Source: Bdellovibrionota bacterium
GTDB taxonomy: Bacteria; Bdellovibrionota_G; JALEGL01; DATDPG01
Assembly (NCBI GenBank): GCA_963668355.1
Contig: OY764265.1
Span: 1,952,001 to 2,016,000 of the forward strand
Direction of reading: 5' to 3'
Length of the DNA stretch: 64,000 bases
Shown: in pieces, positions 28,239-38,836 of the stretch
Layout of the letters: the number at the start of each line of letters is the position of its first letter
Position numbering within the stretch: the stretch's first letter is position 1
Made by a program: the position numbers and the translations under genes
Notes under the pieces: model-generated
The model's database searches: none
What the model saw: the letters and a program-made list of their open reading frames with translations, nothing else
Told to the model about the DNA's origin: nothing

Positions 28239-30320
28239 CTACTCCGAAAGTCGTCCAAAGGAAAGTCTAAGTTTTAGGGGCGAAGCGGTTGTTTTTGTAC
28301 TCAAATCCCAACCTATGGCCAAAAGGGTGCCTTGATATTCCCGCGTGAAAGCATCTTCGGTTCTTTGTAAGGTTTCAATGGGAGTCATCGTTAAATTTGT
28401 GGGAATCTCTGTGGAGGCGCAAAACGAGAGATCAAAGGCTTCGTCTTTCCAGGTAAGGGTCGTAATTTGTTTCTGGGAAAGGGAGGATCCAGGATCGCAA
28501 GAAAATTCATCTTTTTCCGCGTTTTCAAGAATCAAATGTCGGTCCGGAGCTTTTGGCGTCAAAAGAGAAATGGCCAACAGAACGCCAAAAAGAGGTTCTT
28601 CCTTGGAAAGGGGGGGGACCATCCACACGATCTCAAGGTCTCCATTCGGGAACATTTCGATGTGTTTGGAGATCGACGTTTCTTGAATCTGTTCTGTGCC
28701 TCCAAAACCTTGAGGAAAACTCTCCCAATTGATGAGGGGGCCTTGGGAGAGTTTCATGCCGCTAAAACGAACGAGTTCTTCCGGTGTGGGTTGTTTAATG
28801 CCCAAGAAGCTTCTCAGATTTCTTATGGGAAGTTGATCAAAGTGGGAGTGTTTCAATAGTTCAGATGAAATGTTGACTGACTTTTCATGAGGGGAGGCAA
28901 CGCCATCTCCATTGTTTTCGATTTCGTGAACGACATCATTCCCGTCATGATAACTCTCTCGCCAGCGTGACATGATATTCGTTAAATTGAAGTGACTTGG
29001 GAGATGATCCAACTCAGTTAGAGTTCCCGCATCCGAAGGGCGAAAAAAGGCTTGAGAGGTTTTCGATCTCAAAATGATCTCGGGGTGCCCATCTCCATCT
29101 ATATCTTCTTTGAGCATTTTTACGGGCTCTTTTTGTTTTTCTGCCAAGAAGCGATCTGCTTTAAGGATGTTCGAATAAATTCCTTGTCTTAAGTGAGGAA
29201 GGTATACGCCGCCAAAAAGACCGTGCCAAAAAGCACAATTGCATTCGGCTCTCAGAGCTGGTGTCAGCGCCTTGCTTAGATCCTCACGATTTCGAATGCT
29301 TTTTCTGACCTCGCGAGATGTACGAATGACATGCTTATGCATGTGATCTGATTCTGGATACCGGGAAAAAAACATGTCCCATAAGGAGCCCCGAACAAAA
29401 GAATTCACGGCCTCCATGGAGGTATGATGATTGGCGTGGTTTCGAATTTGATTGTACGCAGCCACGGACCGGCTGGGTAAAGCCCATTCCAACATCTCAG
29501 GATAAGAGGCATTGGGCATGTATACTTTTTTCGAGGGAAGGTGTTCATCGATGAAGTCGGAAGGTGTCACCGCTTCTACAGGCCCTTGTTCTTCTTCGAG
29601 CAGACTGAAAAATTGCTCCAACCATCCCTTTTGAATCACCCACTCGTGCGTTCCAGGCCAAAACCCGAATTTCTCTGCATCGTCTCCGTATGTGAAACCC
29701 AAAGCGTGATCCGTTCGGTTCAATTCCTCAAAATGTTTTCGGACTTGGTCGACTGGACGAAAAGGAATCAGGTAACGAAGTTGGAAGTCAGAAGGGAAGA
29801 AGAACACAGATTTTCCCGCACGCTCGGTAGCGTAATACCCGGGGAAGCGATGATCCAATAGGCCCGCCAATCGAAGGTGGTGGTCATCCAAGACCGTGTA
29901 GTTTACGCGAGCACTTGAAAGCAATTCTGCCAGCGAGGGTTCCCAAACCCGTTCAGTAAGCCAGACGCCTTTAGGGGTTTTTCCGGTATTTCCTTGCCAG
30001 TAGACCCGCAAACGTTCAATTTGCTCCATGGCATCTTCCCGCGAAATGACAGGCAGGATGGGTTCGTAGAAACCCCCGCCCATAGGTTCTACCTGCCCCG
30101 AGTTCACCAGAGAAAAGAGGCGTTCCAAAAAAGGCCGATCATTCGCTTCCAACCACTCCAATAGACAACCAGAAAAATGAAAGGCCGCACGAACCTTTGG
30201 ATGCCTTTCAAAATGGTCCAAAATGGGACCGTAACACTCTGAAATGGCGGAAGAAAAAACCTGGTCGAAATTACCGACAGGTTGGTGAAAATGAAGGATG
30301 AATATGAGTTTTGTTTTCAC
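28239..30320 (-). CDS. GH57 4-alpha-glucanotransferase/alpha-amylase
   Basis: HFHQPVGN, GVWLTERVWEP, DDAEKFG.WP and CNCAFWHGLFGG.YLPHLR. Confidence 0.9.
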   Translation of the reverse strand: MKTKLIFILHFHQPVGNFDQVFSSAISECYGPILDHFERHPKVRAAFHFSGCLLEWLEANDRPFLERLFSLVNSGQVEPMGGGFYEPILPVISREDAMEQIERLRVYWQGNTGKTPKGVWLTERVWEPSLAELLSSARVNYTVLDDHHLRLAGLLDHRFPGYYATERAGKSVFFFPSDFQLRYLIPFRPVDQVRKHFEELNRTDHALGFTYGDDAEKFGFWPGTHEWVIQKGWLEQFFSLLEEEQGPVEAVTPSDFIDEHLPSKKVYMPNASYPEMLEWALPSRSVAAYNQIRNHANHHTSMEAVNSFVRGSLWDMFFSRYPESDHMHKHVIRTSREVRKSIRNREDLSKALTPALRAECNCAFWHGLFGGVYLPHLRQGIYSNILKADRFLAEKQKEPVKMLKEDIDGDGHPEIILRSKTSQAFFRPSDAGTLTELDHLPSHFNLTNIMSRWRESYHDGNDVVHEIENNGDGVASPHEKSVNISSELLKHSHFDQLPIRNLRSFLGIKQPTPEELVRFSGMKLSQGPLINWESFPQGFGGTEQIQETSISKHIEMFPNGDLEIVWMVPPLSKEEPLFGVLLAISLLTPKAPDRHLILENAEKDEFSCDPGSSLSQKQITTLTWKDEAFDLSFCASTEIPTNLTMTPIETLQRTEDAFTREYQGTLLAIGWDLSTKTTASPLKLRLSFGRLSE

Positions 30321-32488
30321 GAAGATGTCCCGCTAACCTCTTTGACTCCATTGCTTGGGGTTTGAATCATGATTTCTCGAAGGGAAATGGTCGAATCTGG
30401 CGTTGAAATTTTCAGAAGAAAGAGGGCCCTTTTGTTTGGGGTTAATCCCAGAGGTTCTGAAGGAATAGCCAACTCGAGAACCTTTTTTCTTTTCCCGTTG
30501 ATTTCCAAGGGGTCTCCCTGGTTGGTTTCAAAGGAATCGGCCAGGCCATCCATTACGCGCGAACAGACAACATTTCCTTCCTCGTCCATGCACACCTGAA
30601 TGGTGCGAACATTGCGCTCCACATGGAAAGCCAAATCCAGACATAGTTTTTTATTTAGGTGTGGGGCGTGCTCTGGTGTTGGGTCCAATCGCAACAGGAA
30701 CTCATTTTTCGGGGAAAAAGCCAGGTGCAATCCCAACCAGGGTTGTTCACTTTGTTGCATCGTGGATCCTTGAACCGAAGACCTCCAGGGAAGGTAAAGG
30801 GCTCCGAGCCACTCAAAAAAACTGGATTCGTATCCATCAATGGTGGGAGAGAGTTTGTGAAGGGGTTCATGCCGGGCGTCATTCGCTTTTTGAGACGAAG
30901 GAATGAACCATTGAAGAAAGTCAGGAGCTTTACGGTTCAGGGCCTCATACGCCTGTTTTAGGTGGCCTCGAAAAGCTTCATCAAATTGTTGACGATGAGA
31001 ACTCGTAAACTGTCCATCCAACCACCAAAACCAATCACTGGCTTCAGCGGCACGGAGGGACGCCCAAGCTTCGTGTACTCCCGGATGTCCTGGCCCGCGT
31101 TGAAGGTCTGAGTCCAGTTCGTCTCGAACTTTTTGGAGGATACTCCACGCCTGATTTTTTTCAGGCCCGCCGATCCACGTACCGAAGTCGGCATTGATCC
31201 AGCTTCCCGCATGCAATCGATCAATTCTCCCTTGGTGTTTCGACGACTGGATTGCATCCGAAATGGTCGAAAGCTTCAGATTCGAATATTCGCGGATTTT
31301 CCCATACAGGGTCCGAAGAAATTCCGCGCCTCCGTTTGGAAAATGTTCCCAAGGATTTTCTCCGTCCAAGGCAACCAAGAGAAAGGATCCTTGGTCTTGG
31401 GTGTGTTGGAAGCGTTCGAGGACATTTCCAATAAAATCGTTCACGGCCTCCACGGGATTTCGTTTGGCATATCGGAATCCGACGCGATCTGACAGATCAC
31501 GGTCTCGAAAGACCATTGAAAAGTGGGGGTCAGTTCCATGAACGTTCCAGGGGAATTTCGGGTTGGCCCCTTCCTGTCGTTTGGATCGGGCTAACACCTC
31601 CTCATCACTGGCCGCCCAAGAAAGACCCGCTCGACTGAGCTCTTCTGCGACGAGTTGGCTGACGGATCCTTCGGACGGCCACATTCCTTTGGGGCGAACT
31701 CCGAGAAGCTTTTCCATGAAATCCAGTCCATCTCGAATCTGATGCTGAACATCTTCCATACGCTGCATTCGTCCCGGAAGGGTGGCTTGTGGCATGGCTT
31801 CTCGTGCCGAGTCGGTATCGGCCAAAAGGGGAAGGATGGGGTGGGAATAGGGTGTGGTCGAAATTTCGATTTGCCCTCTTTCCGAGGCTTTTTTGTAAAG
31901 CTCGGGAACCCGTTTTAAAATCTCTTTTTCGATTTCATGAATGTGGTGGATTTCTTCATTGGAGAAACCGGTTCCTCGGCGCCACAACTCTTCAATTTCT
32001 GGAAAGTCTTCTCGGGCTTTGAAACCGAACCAAGCCAAATCGAACAACGCTTTCAGGTCTTGATAATCGTTATGGGACAACTCTTCCCAGGCCTCTGCGG
32101 GACCTTTCAGCCGAAGTGCCTGATTCCGTTTAATGAGAAGTTCCTCGTATCTTGCGCAGCGACCGATCATTTGTTCGGGGTGTGCGGAAAAGAAGTGTTC
32201 CAAGAGAAACATTTTTTCGCGTTCACCGAAGTCTTCTTGGGGAAGCTGAGAAATTTCAGCAAATTGATCCGTCATGCCCTGATTGTAGGCATCCAGTTGG
32301 GCCATCATGGAAGGGACCAAATTAAAGGTGACGCGGGCTTCCGGAAATTCGTCCAATACTCGAATCATGTCATAGTAAGAGCGAATGGCGTGGAGGCGGA
32401 CCCACGGCATGAAGCAACTGCGTTCGTTTCTCAACCGGTAAATGGGTTGATGCATATGCCAAAGAAAGGCGAGATGTATGTCTGTCAT
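30317..32488 (-). CDS. GH57 amylopullulanase-type glycoside hydrolase
   Basis: WHMHQP.Y, PWVRLH, HPILPLL, GMWPSEG, LDGENPWE and AE.SDWFWW. Confidence 0.9.
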   Translation of the reverse strand: MTDIHLAFLWHMHQPIYRLRNERSCFMPWVRLHAIRSYYDMIRVLDEFPEARVTFNLVPSMMAQLDAYNQGMTDQFAEISQLPQEDFGEREKMFLLEHFFSAHPEQMIGRCARYEELLIKRNQALRLKGPAEAWEELSHNDYQDLKALFDLAWFGFKAREDFPEIEELWRRGTGFSNEEIHHIHEIEKEILKRVPELYKKASERGQIEISTTPYSHPILPLLADTDSAREAMPQATLPGRMQRMEDVQHQIRDGLDFMEKLLGVRPKGMWPSEGSVSQLVAEELSRAGLSWAASDEEVLARSKRQEGANPKFPWNVHGTDPHFSMVFRDRDLSDRVGFRYAKRNPVEAVNDFIGNVLERFQHTQDQGSFLLVALDGENPWEHFPNGGAEFLRTLYGKIREYSNLKLSTISDAIQSSKHQGRIDRLHAGSWINADFGTWIGGPEKNQAWSILQKVRDELDSDLQRGPGHPGVHEAWASLRAAEASDWFWWLDGQFTSSHRQQFDEAFRGHLKQAYEALNRKAPDFLQWFIPSSQKANDARHEPLHKLSPTIDGYESSFFEWLGALYLPWRSSVQGSTMQQSEQPWLGLHLAFSPKNEFLLRLDPTPEHAPHLNKKLCLDLAFHVERNVRTIQVCMDEEGNVVCSRVMDGLADSFETNQGDPLEINGKRKKVLELAIPSEPLGLTPNKRALFLLKISTPDSTISLREIMIQTPSNGVKEVSGTSS

Positions 32489-33735
32489 TGTTTTTTGAAT
32501 TCAAAGTGGCGAGGAACCACTCGAATTCCTCCTTCGGATATCGAAATGCCATGGCTTCGATCTTCTTCGTCGTCATATCCAATCCGAGTGTCGGGTGGAA
32601 CGACGACGCCCTTGTCTATGATGGTTTTTTTGATTTTACATCGTCGACCGACGTCCACTTTTTCAAACAGAACCGATTCTTCCACTTGAGCGTAAGAGTT
32701 AATGCGAACTCGTGGGCCTAAGACCGTACGGTCAATTTTTCCGCCGGAGACAATCGTTCCATCGCATACGAGGGAGTCTGTCGAAACACCCAGTCGGCCT
32801 GTGTCCTCATCCGCAAAAACAAATTTCGCGGGAGGTAAATCTCTTCGCGCGGTGAGGATGGGCCAATGAGAGTTATATAGATTGAAGTCGGGAGACACAC
32901 TCACCAAATCCATGGAGGATTGCCAATACGCATCAATTGTGCCCACGTCTCTCCAGTAGCCACGCTCATGTTCTTCAACTCCCGCGATCTTATTGTTCAT
33001 GAAATTGTAGGCGTGGATATGCAGTTTATCGAACCATCTTGGAATGATGTCCCCACCAATGTCATGTTTGCTTGTGCTGTCGGAATGGTCAGACTCCAAA
33101 ATTTCACGAAGGACTTCAAAGTTAAAAATGTAGTTTCCCATCGACGCCAAAATTTTGGTTGGATCTTGATCAAAAACCAAAGGCGTTTTCGGTTTCTCCA
33201 GAAACTTGGTGACACGCATCTGGTCGTTGACACCAATGCACCCAAAGCGATGTGCCTCTTCTTTGGGTTGGGGAATGACCGCCACGCTGATGTCGGCTTG
33301 GCTGTCGAGATGTTCCGCGAGCATCTGGCGAATATCCATGCGGTATATGTGATCGGCTCCCAATACGACTACCTGTTTGGGCCTTCCATGAACAATTTGT
33401 GCCAGGTTTTGGTACATGGCATCAGCCGATCCCAAATACCAGCCTTTTCCTTCACCGGAAGCCGCGGGGATGATTTCACAGAACTGCCCCAGATGAGAAG
33501 AGAAGTTCCACCCCCTGGAGAGGTGTTGGATGAGCGAATAAGATTGATATTGAGTGAGTACGTGGATCTTTAAGAGATTGGAGTGAACCAAGTTGGTCAA
33601 TACGAAATCAATGATTCGGTATTTTCCACCAAAAGGAATGGCAGGTTTTGCTCGGACAGTACTTAGTGGGCGAAGCCTTTTGCCTTCGCCTCCCGCCAAC
33701 ACCACAGACATTACACGTTGCATCGCCGGAAACAT
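32485..33735 (-). CDS. glgC: Glucose-1-phosphate adenylyltransferase
   Basis: LAGG.GKRL.PL...RAKPA.PFGG, LTQY, ADHIYRMD, EKP and YWRDVGT. SD ggagg before ATG 33735. Confidence 0.96.
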   Translation of the reverse strand: MFPAMQRVMSVVLAGGEGKRLRPLSTVRAKPAIPFGGKYRIIDFVLTNLVHSNLLKIHVLTQYQSYSLIQHLSRGWNFSSHLGQFCEIIPAASGEGKGWYLGSADAMYQNLAQIVHGRPKQVVVLGADHIYRMDIRQMLAEHLDSQADISVAVIPQPKEEAHRFGCIGVNDQMRVTKFLEKPKTPLVFDQDPTKILASMGNYIFNFEVLREILESDHSDSTSKHDIGGDIIPRWFDKLHIHAYNFMNNKIAGVEEHERGYWRDVGTIDAYWQSSMDLVSVSPDFNLYNSHWPILTARRDLPPAKFVFADEDTGRLGVSTDSLVCDGTIVSGGKIDRTVLGPRVRINSYAQVEESVLFEKVDVGRRCKIKKTIIDKGVVVPPDTRIGYDDEEDRSHGISISEGGIRVVPRHFEFKKQ

Positions 33736-33944
33736 GTTTTCCTCCCGAAAAATGGGGACGTTGTTTTCGTTTTTAAAACATGTACTTATTCCGTGTCCCC
33801 GATCCAACCCACAAAAGAATGTACATGCCGCCCAGTTCTCTGTGTTTACGGTAGGTTCCTCTCCCAGTCAATGGCCTAGACGAGGGTTTATGTTAAGAAA
33901 CGGAAAACTTTTCAAGGCGTTGGAAGCGGTTAAGCTACAAGAGC

Positions 33945-35006
33945 ATGGAACGCAATAAATGGCCGATGACGTTGAGACCTCTTACGGATTTGGAAGGAAT
34001 CCTGGAGAGATTTGAAGGCGTTGGCAGAGTTCAGGTCTTGAGTGAGGTGACGCGTCGCCGCAAAACATTCCCCATTTACTCCGTCATATTGGGGTCTCAA
34101 GATCCGGATGTTCCGGTTTTCGGTATTTTTGGCGGCATTCATGGGTTAGAGCGAATTGGATCCGATGTCGTCAATTCATACCTCAACACCATTTTGGCCT
34201 TGGCCGAGTGGGATGGAATGATGAAGGCTCTTTTGAGACGGATTCGAATTGTTTTCGTTCCTTTGGTGAACCCCGTGGGGATGTATTTGGCACGCCGAGG
34301 AAATGGAAACGGGGTTGACTTGATGCGCAATGCTCCGGTGGAAGCGGATAAAGATGTAAAAGCGTTTCTTTTGGGAGGCCACCGCATTTCTCGAAAGTTG
34401 CCCTGGTTCCGTGGACGCGTGGTGGACCCCATGGAGCAAGAAAGCCAAGCCATATGTGACTTGGTTCGAAAAGAAGTGTTTTCCTCCAAGCTGGCCATTA
34501 CGCTGGATGTTCACTCCGGTTTTGGATTTCATGACCAACTTTGGTTTCCATATGCGAAAACGCGAAAACCCTTTCCTCGAATCGCGGAAGTGTTTGGTTT
34601 GAAAAAACTATTGGATGGGACCTATCCTTTTCACTTCTATCACGTCGAACCGCAAATCAAGCATTATGGGACCAGTGGAGATCTGTGGGACTATCTTTTT
34701 GACGAACATCAGAAGTTGAGACAACCGGGACTCTATCTTCCCTTATGTCTTGAACTGGGTTCTTGGAGATGGGTTCGCAAGAATCCTTTTCAGTTATTTT
34801 CGGTGCATGGGGCGTTCAATCCCATCAAGGCGCATCGAAGGATTCGGATTTTAAGACGACATTTGTATTTGTTTGATTTTTTAATGCGCGCTTTGTTTTC
34901 GGCAGAAAGATGGGCCACGCTGTCTCAGGAAGAACGGCAGCAGAATTATCAAGATGCGATGAAACTTTGGTTCTCGGAGGAGGGCTCCGCCAGTGAATCA
35001 TCGTGA
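33945..35006 (+). CDS. M14-family zinc carboxypeptidase-like protein
   Basis: GIHGLE (HxxE), VNPVG, R.N.NGVDLMRN, LDVHSG and LELG. Confidence 0.85.
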   Translation: MERNKWPMTLRPLTDLEGILERFEGVGRVQVLSEVTRRRKTFPIYSVILGSQDPDVPVFGIFGGIHGLERIGSDVVNSYLNTILALAEWDGMMKALLRRIRIVFVPLVNPVGMYLARRGNGNGVDLMRNAPVEADKDVKAFLLGGHRISRKLPWFRGRVVDPMEQESQAICDLVRKEVFSSKLAITLDVHSGFGFHDQLWFPYAKTRKPFPRIAEVFGLKKLLDGTYPFHFYHVEPQIKHYGTSGDLWDYLFDEHQKLRQPGLYLPLCLELGSWRWVRKNPFQLFSVHGAFNPIKAHRRIRILRRHLYLFDFLMRALFSAERWATLSQEERQQNYQDAMKLWFSEEGSASESS

Positions 35007-35757
35007 GTCGTGGGTGTTCTTGCGAGGACTTGCCCGAGAGTCTCGCCATTGGGGAAGGTTCGTCAATGACTTCAAACGAAGGTTTCCCTTGGCGGATGTC
35101 CATTTGTTGGATTTGCCGGGGACCGGGCAGCGGGCTCAGGAGAAATCTCCTTCAACGATTTCTGAAATTACAGATGCTCTCCGTCAAACGTTGGTAAAAA
35201 AACATGCCCCCGCAAACCTACGTCTGCTATCGATCTCGTTGGGCTCCATGGTTGCGTTGGATTGGATCGCCCGATATCCCGAAGATTGTTCCGCGTGTGT
35301 GGTCATCAATACGAGCACAAGACATACGGGGTCTCCATTGGATCGCTTCAATCTGTTTTCCGGGTTGAAATTGGTGGGAGCCTTTCTCGGAAAAGATGTC
35401 CGAAAACGAGAACAGAGCATTTTGTCTGTGGTCTCCAATCGACGGGAAACCCGACGAGAAAACCTAGAAGCCTGGGTGCAATATGCCAAAGAACGCCCCA
35501 TGGATTGGAAAAACATTCTTCGTCAACTTCAGGCAGCAAGTTTGTTTGGCCTTCCTGCGACTCGTCCGGAGACCCCCGTATTGGTTTTGCGAAGTGCAAA
35601 AGATCGATTGGTTCATCCAGCGTGTTCAGAGCGTTTGGCTCAATGGTGGGATTTTTCCATGAAAACCCATCCGACGGCGGGCCATGATTTGTCACTGGAT
35701 GATCCGGAGTGGGTTGCCTCCCAGGTATACGAGTGGACCGTGAATTTAGAGACTTGA
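34993..35757 (+). CDS. Alpha/beta hydrolase
   Basis: LRGL.RE..HW, DLPG.G, ISLGSM nucleophile elbow, DRLV and AGHDL. Confidence 0.85.
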   Translation: MNHRESWVFLRGLARESRHWGRFVNDFKRRFPLADVHLLDLPGTGQRAQEKSPSTISEITDALRQTLVKKHAPANLRLLSISLGSMVALDWIARYPEDCSACVVINTSTRHTGSPLDRFNLFSGLKLVGAFLGKDVRKREQSILSVVSNRRETRRENLEAWVQYAKERPMDWKNILRQLQAASLFGLPATRPETPVLVLRSAKDRLVHPACSERLAQWWDFSMKTHPTAGHDLSLDDPEWVASQVYEWTVNLET

Positions 35758-35855
35758 AGAAAATTAAGCTGTGAAGAAGAAAAAGTTGAGTTTCAAAACA
35801 CGTTTATGTTCCTTCTGCGCATTCCTCATTTTGGAATGAGGTTTACTCAAGACCT

Positions 35856-35932
35856 AAAGGGTGGCGTTTCCGAAAAGGGTGCCGAGGACTATCGGGCCGC
35901 AGCGCACCCTTTTCGGAAACGACAGGACCCTC
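35856..35932 (+). repeat. Hairpin element B, copy 1
   Basis: Perfect 18-bp stem 35865-35882/35904-35921. The 21-nt loop and flanks are shared with 47522-47600. Confidence 0.8.
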
Positions 35933-35967
35933 AAGTTTTGAAACTCCAAATTTTCGTTTTTTTAATT

Positions 35968-37740
35968 TTAGGGATTAATGGAATTTTTATGAAAATTTAG
36001 AAATGTTTCGTAGCCTTCGTTGCCCATAAATCTTTTTATGGTTTTTTGTGAGCCGGTGATGAGATCCACGAGGATGAGGCCGTCCAGGGCGTTGTTGAAT
36101 TCGGGATCCACATTGAATCCCAAATGAATGGCACCTAAATTTAAATAATGTTTTAGAAGAATGGGAACGCCCTTGAACACAGGCTCGACCTCAGCCAAAA
36201 TCGAGGAAAGGTCGTCAATGCCATTCATCCATTTGAGGGGATCTTGTCCGTCTTGGGTCACCGAAGGTTCGAACGTTGGCGGTTGTAGGGGATGCACGAA
36301 TTTCGCCAGGTCGTCCTTCCAATTGTGTTTTCTCAACCATCGGATCATGCAATTTCGTGAAAATTCAGAATATCCCGAACTCATGCTCACGGGACCGAAC
36401 AAGTATCGGTATCGCGGTTGGCGGGAGATGAAGGCTCCAATGCCTTTCCAGAGAAGGGAAAGAGACCAAAAGTGTCGCTGAAAATCGGCTGTGACAAACG
36501 AGCGTCCCATTTCTAAGCCGGGGGTGATGTGTTGGAGAAGCTGCGGGTCATATTGAAAAAGGGTATGTGTATACAAGCCTTCAATGCTTTGGTTTTTTAA
36601 AATGTCATCCGTTGGGCCCAGCCGATAGGCCCCAACCATTTTCTTTTCTTCTTCGTGCCAAACGAACAAGTGGAAATAAGTGTCGTCAAAGGTGTCGATG
36701 TCGATGGACTTTCCTGTGCCTTCATTGGCTCCTCGAAACGTGATTTCTCTCAGGCGTCCAATTTCATGTATGAGATCGGAAGATTGGTCTTTCCGGAAAA
36801 AGTAAATGGAACATCCATGACCCTTACCAAGATGTTGTTCTGGAGGAAGGGATTGAATGGCCTTCTCAATTTGATCCCTTGGAAGGGGTTCCACGATTTT
36901 TTCAAGCTTGGATGTAAGCTCAGAAGAGTTTTGTGGCGAACGGATTTTTTTCTTGAGGAGGTATGTCCGAAATCGAAAAAACTTCGCGAGATTCTTGTCG
37001 CTCTGATTTAAATCGAGTTTCGAGTAGGGAATCGGCGTGCCGACCTTAACGGTAAGGGTTTGATGACGTCTCTTCCATAGCTCCCTTCCCAACATGACCG
37101 TTCGCAGACGGGGATGAATCAGCCCTGCCAATTGAAAGAGCGAGCCATTGCTTCCCTCGAAACACATGGGAACCACGGTGGCTTTGGAGGCTCGGACCAA
37201 TTTTGCTGTGGAGTCATTCCACGTGGGGTCGATGATGTTCCAATGCTTCCAGTTCCGATGGGAGACTTCTCCGGAAGGAAACATGGCCAAAGCCTTTCCT
37301 TCTTTTAAGCAACGGAGAGATTCCATCATAGGACGAATATTGGCTTTGCGGGCCCTTTGAGTCTCAAAGGGATCCACAAAAATGAAGAAATCTTGGAGTT
37401 CTTGGATTTGACTCAAGATTCCATTGGCGATCACGCGAACATCGGGTCGAATGGGTTTTAAGAGGGCTCCGTAGATCAATCCTTCAATGGCTCCGAAGGG
37501 ATGGTTGGCGACGATGACGACCGGTCCTTTTTTAGGAATCTGAGCCAGTTCAGCCTCATCGATGTTGAGAGTGACGCCAAACCTCTCCAAAGCGACTTGG
37601 CAAAAATCTCCCGGATCTTTGGGCCAATCTTGGTCTTTGTAGAATCGAACGAGGCGATCAAATCCGAAGACCTTGGAGGCGGCAGATTGAATAAAAGAAG
37701 GTGGGGGAGCGACAAACTTCTCGTTCTGGGGCTTCGACAT
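35968..37740 (-). CDS. Bifunctional acyltransferase (PlsC-type plus GNAT), OlsF-like amino-lipid synthase
   Basis: N-terminal ANHPFGAIEG and FPSGEVS. C-terminal EIGRLREITFR..EGTG...DID.FD, GAYRLG and EMGRSF. Confidence 0.85.
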   Translation of the reverse strand: MSKPQNEKFVAPPPSFIQSAASKVFGFDRLVRFYKDQDWPKDPGDFCQVALERFGVTLNIDEAELAQIPKKGPVVIVANHPFGAIEGLIYGALLKPIRPDVRVIANGILSQIQELQDFFIFVDPFETQRARKANIRPMMESLRCLKEGKALAMFPSGEVSHRNWKHWNIIDPTWNDSTAKLVRASKATVVPMCFEGSNGSLFQLAGLIHPRLRTVMLGRELWKRRHQTLTVKVGTPIPYSKLDLNQSDKNLAKFFRFRTYLLKKKIRSPQNSSELTSKLEKIVEPLPRDQIEKAIQSLPPEQHLGKGHGCSIYFFRKDQSSDLIHEIGRLREITFRGANEGTGKSIDIDTFDDTYFHLFVWHEEEKKMVGAYRLGPTDDILKNQSIEGLYTHTLFQYDPQLLQHITPGLEMGRSFVTADFQRHFWSLSLLWKGIGAFISRQPRYRYLFGPVSMSSGYSEFSRNCMIRWLRKHNWKDDLAKFVHPLQPPTFEPSVTQDGQDPLKWMNGIDDLSSILAEVEPVFKGVPILLKHYLNLGAIHLGFNVDPEFNNALDGLILVDLITGSQKTIKRFMGNEGYETFLNFHKNSINP

Positions 37741-37859
37741 CTTCAACGGAGCGAATCTAATGAGGATTGGAAAGAAAATCAAAGTTTCGACGCATTAAAA
37801 AGGCGGAAGATTGTGACTTTTGCCATTTCAAGAGATGATTTGAGGGAAAGAGGTCCCGC

Positions 37860-38819
37860 ATGTCCCAACGGAGAAAAAAGAAAACGAAAGCAAGCTACCA
37901 TGTTCCAGCCAAAGAGCGAAAAGAGCCTTTACCGGAATCTCGATTTCGAGTTCCCTTGGGGGATGAAGAAGCGGCCGCCCGCATTGAAAACCATCTAAAA
38001 AGTCCCTCCTATGTGAGAGCCGATAAAGATCTGGATTTTTTGCAGAGAGATGAGCTTCGATCTGGCCGACTCACGTTGGAGTTTTTGAAACCGGACATTC
38101 TTCTCTCTGAAGCCAAGGTAAAGTCGACCGTTGTTGTGTTTGGGGGAACGCGTATTGTCGAGGCTTCCCAAGCTCGACTTCAGATTGAGGAGTTGAAACG
38201 TGAGATTCGTAAGAAGCCTTCCAGTCGATCTTTGCAGGATCGCTTGCGGGTGGCCAAGAATGTTTTGCGAAAATCGAAGTTTTATGACGAGGCCAGAGAA
38301 TTTGGAAAGTTGGTGAGTCAAAAGTGCCAATTGTCCAATTCGTGTGAATTTGTTGTGATCACCGGAGGAGGGCCTGGAATCATGGAGGCGGCCAACCGGG
38401 GGGCCTTTGATATGGGCGCAAAATCAGTTGGTTTGAACATCACGCTTCCTTTTGAACAATACCCCAATCCTTATATTTCTCCGGGTCTCTGCTTTCAGTT
38501 TCGTTATTTTGCCCTACGAAAAATGCATTTCCTGAAAAGAGCTAAGGCCATGGTGGCGTTTCCGGGAGGGTTTGGAACATTTGACGAATTGTTTGAGACG
38601 CTCACGCTCATTCAGACGCGTACCATCGAACCCATTCCTGTCGTTTTGGTGGGCAAACGATTCTGGAAAAATGCATTCAACGCAGATTTTTTAGCGGAAG
38701 AGGGTGTCATCGATGAAGAAGACTTGGACCTTTTCCGTTATGCCGAAACGGCCAGCGAGGCTTGGAACCATATTGTTCGCTGGTATCGCGTCCACGGCAA
38801 TGAACTTGAGCCGGAATAG
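37860..38819 (+). CDS. LOG family (TIGR00730) nucleotide phosphoribohydrolase
   Basis: TGGGPGIMEAANRGA, EQYPNPY, RKMHF and PGGFGTFDE. Confidence 0.92.
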   Translation: MSQRRKKKTKASYHVPAKERKEPLPESRFRVPLGDEEAAARIENHLKSPSYVRADKDLDFLQRDELRSGRLTLEFLKPDILLSEAKVKSTVVVFGGTRIVEASQARLQIEELKREIRKKPSSRSLQDRLRVAKNVLRKSKFYDEAREFGKLVSQKCQLSNSCEFVVITGGGPGIMEAANRGAFDMGAKSVGLNITLPFEQYPNPYISPGLCFQFRYFALRKMHFLKRAKAMVAFPGGFGTFDELFETLTLIQTRTIEPIPVVLVGKRFWKNAFNADFLAEEGVIDEEDLDLFRYAETASEAWNHIVRWYRVHGNELEPE

Positions 38820-38836
38820 ATTCTGAAAAAACCTCT

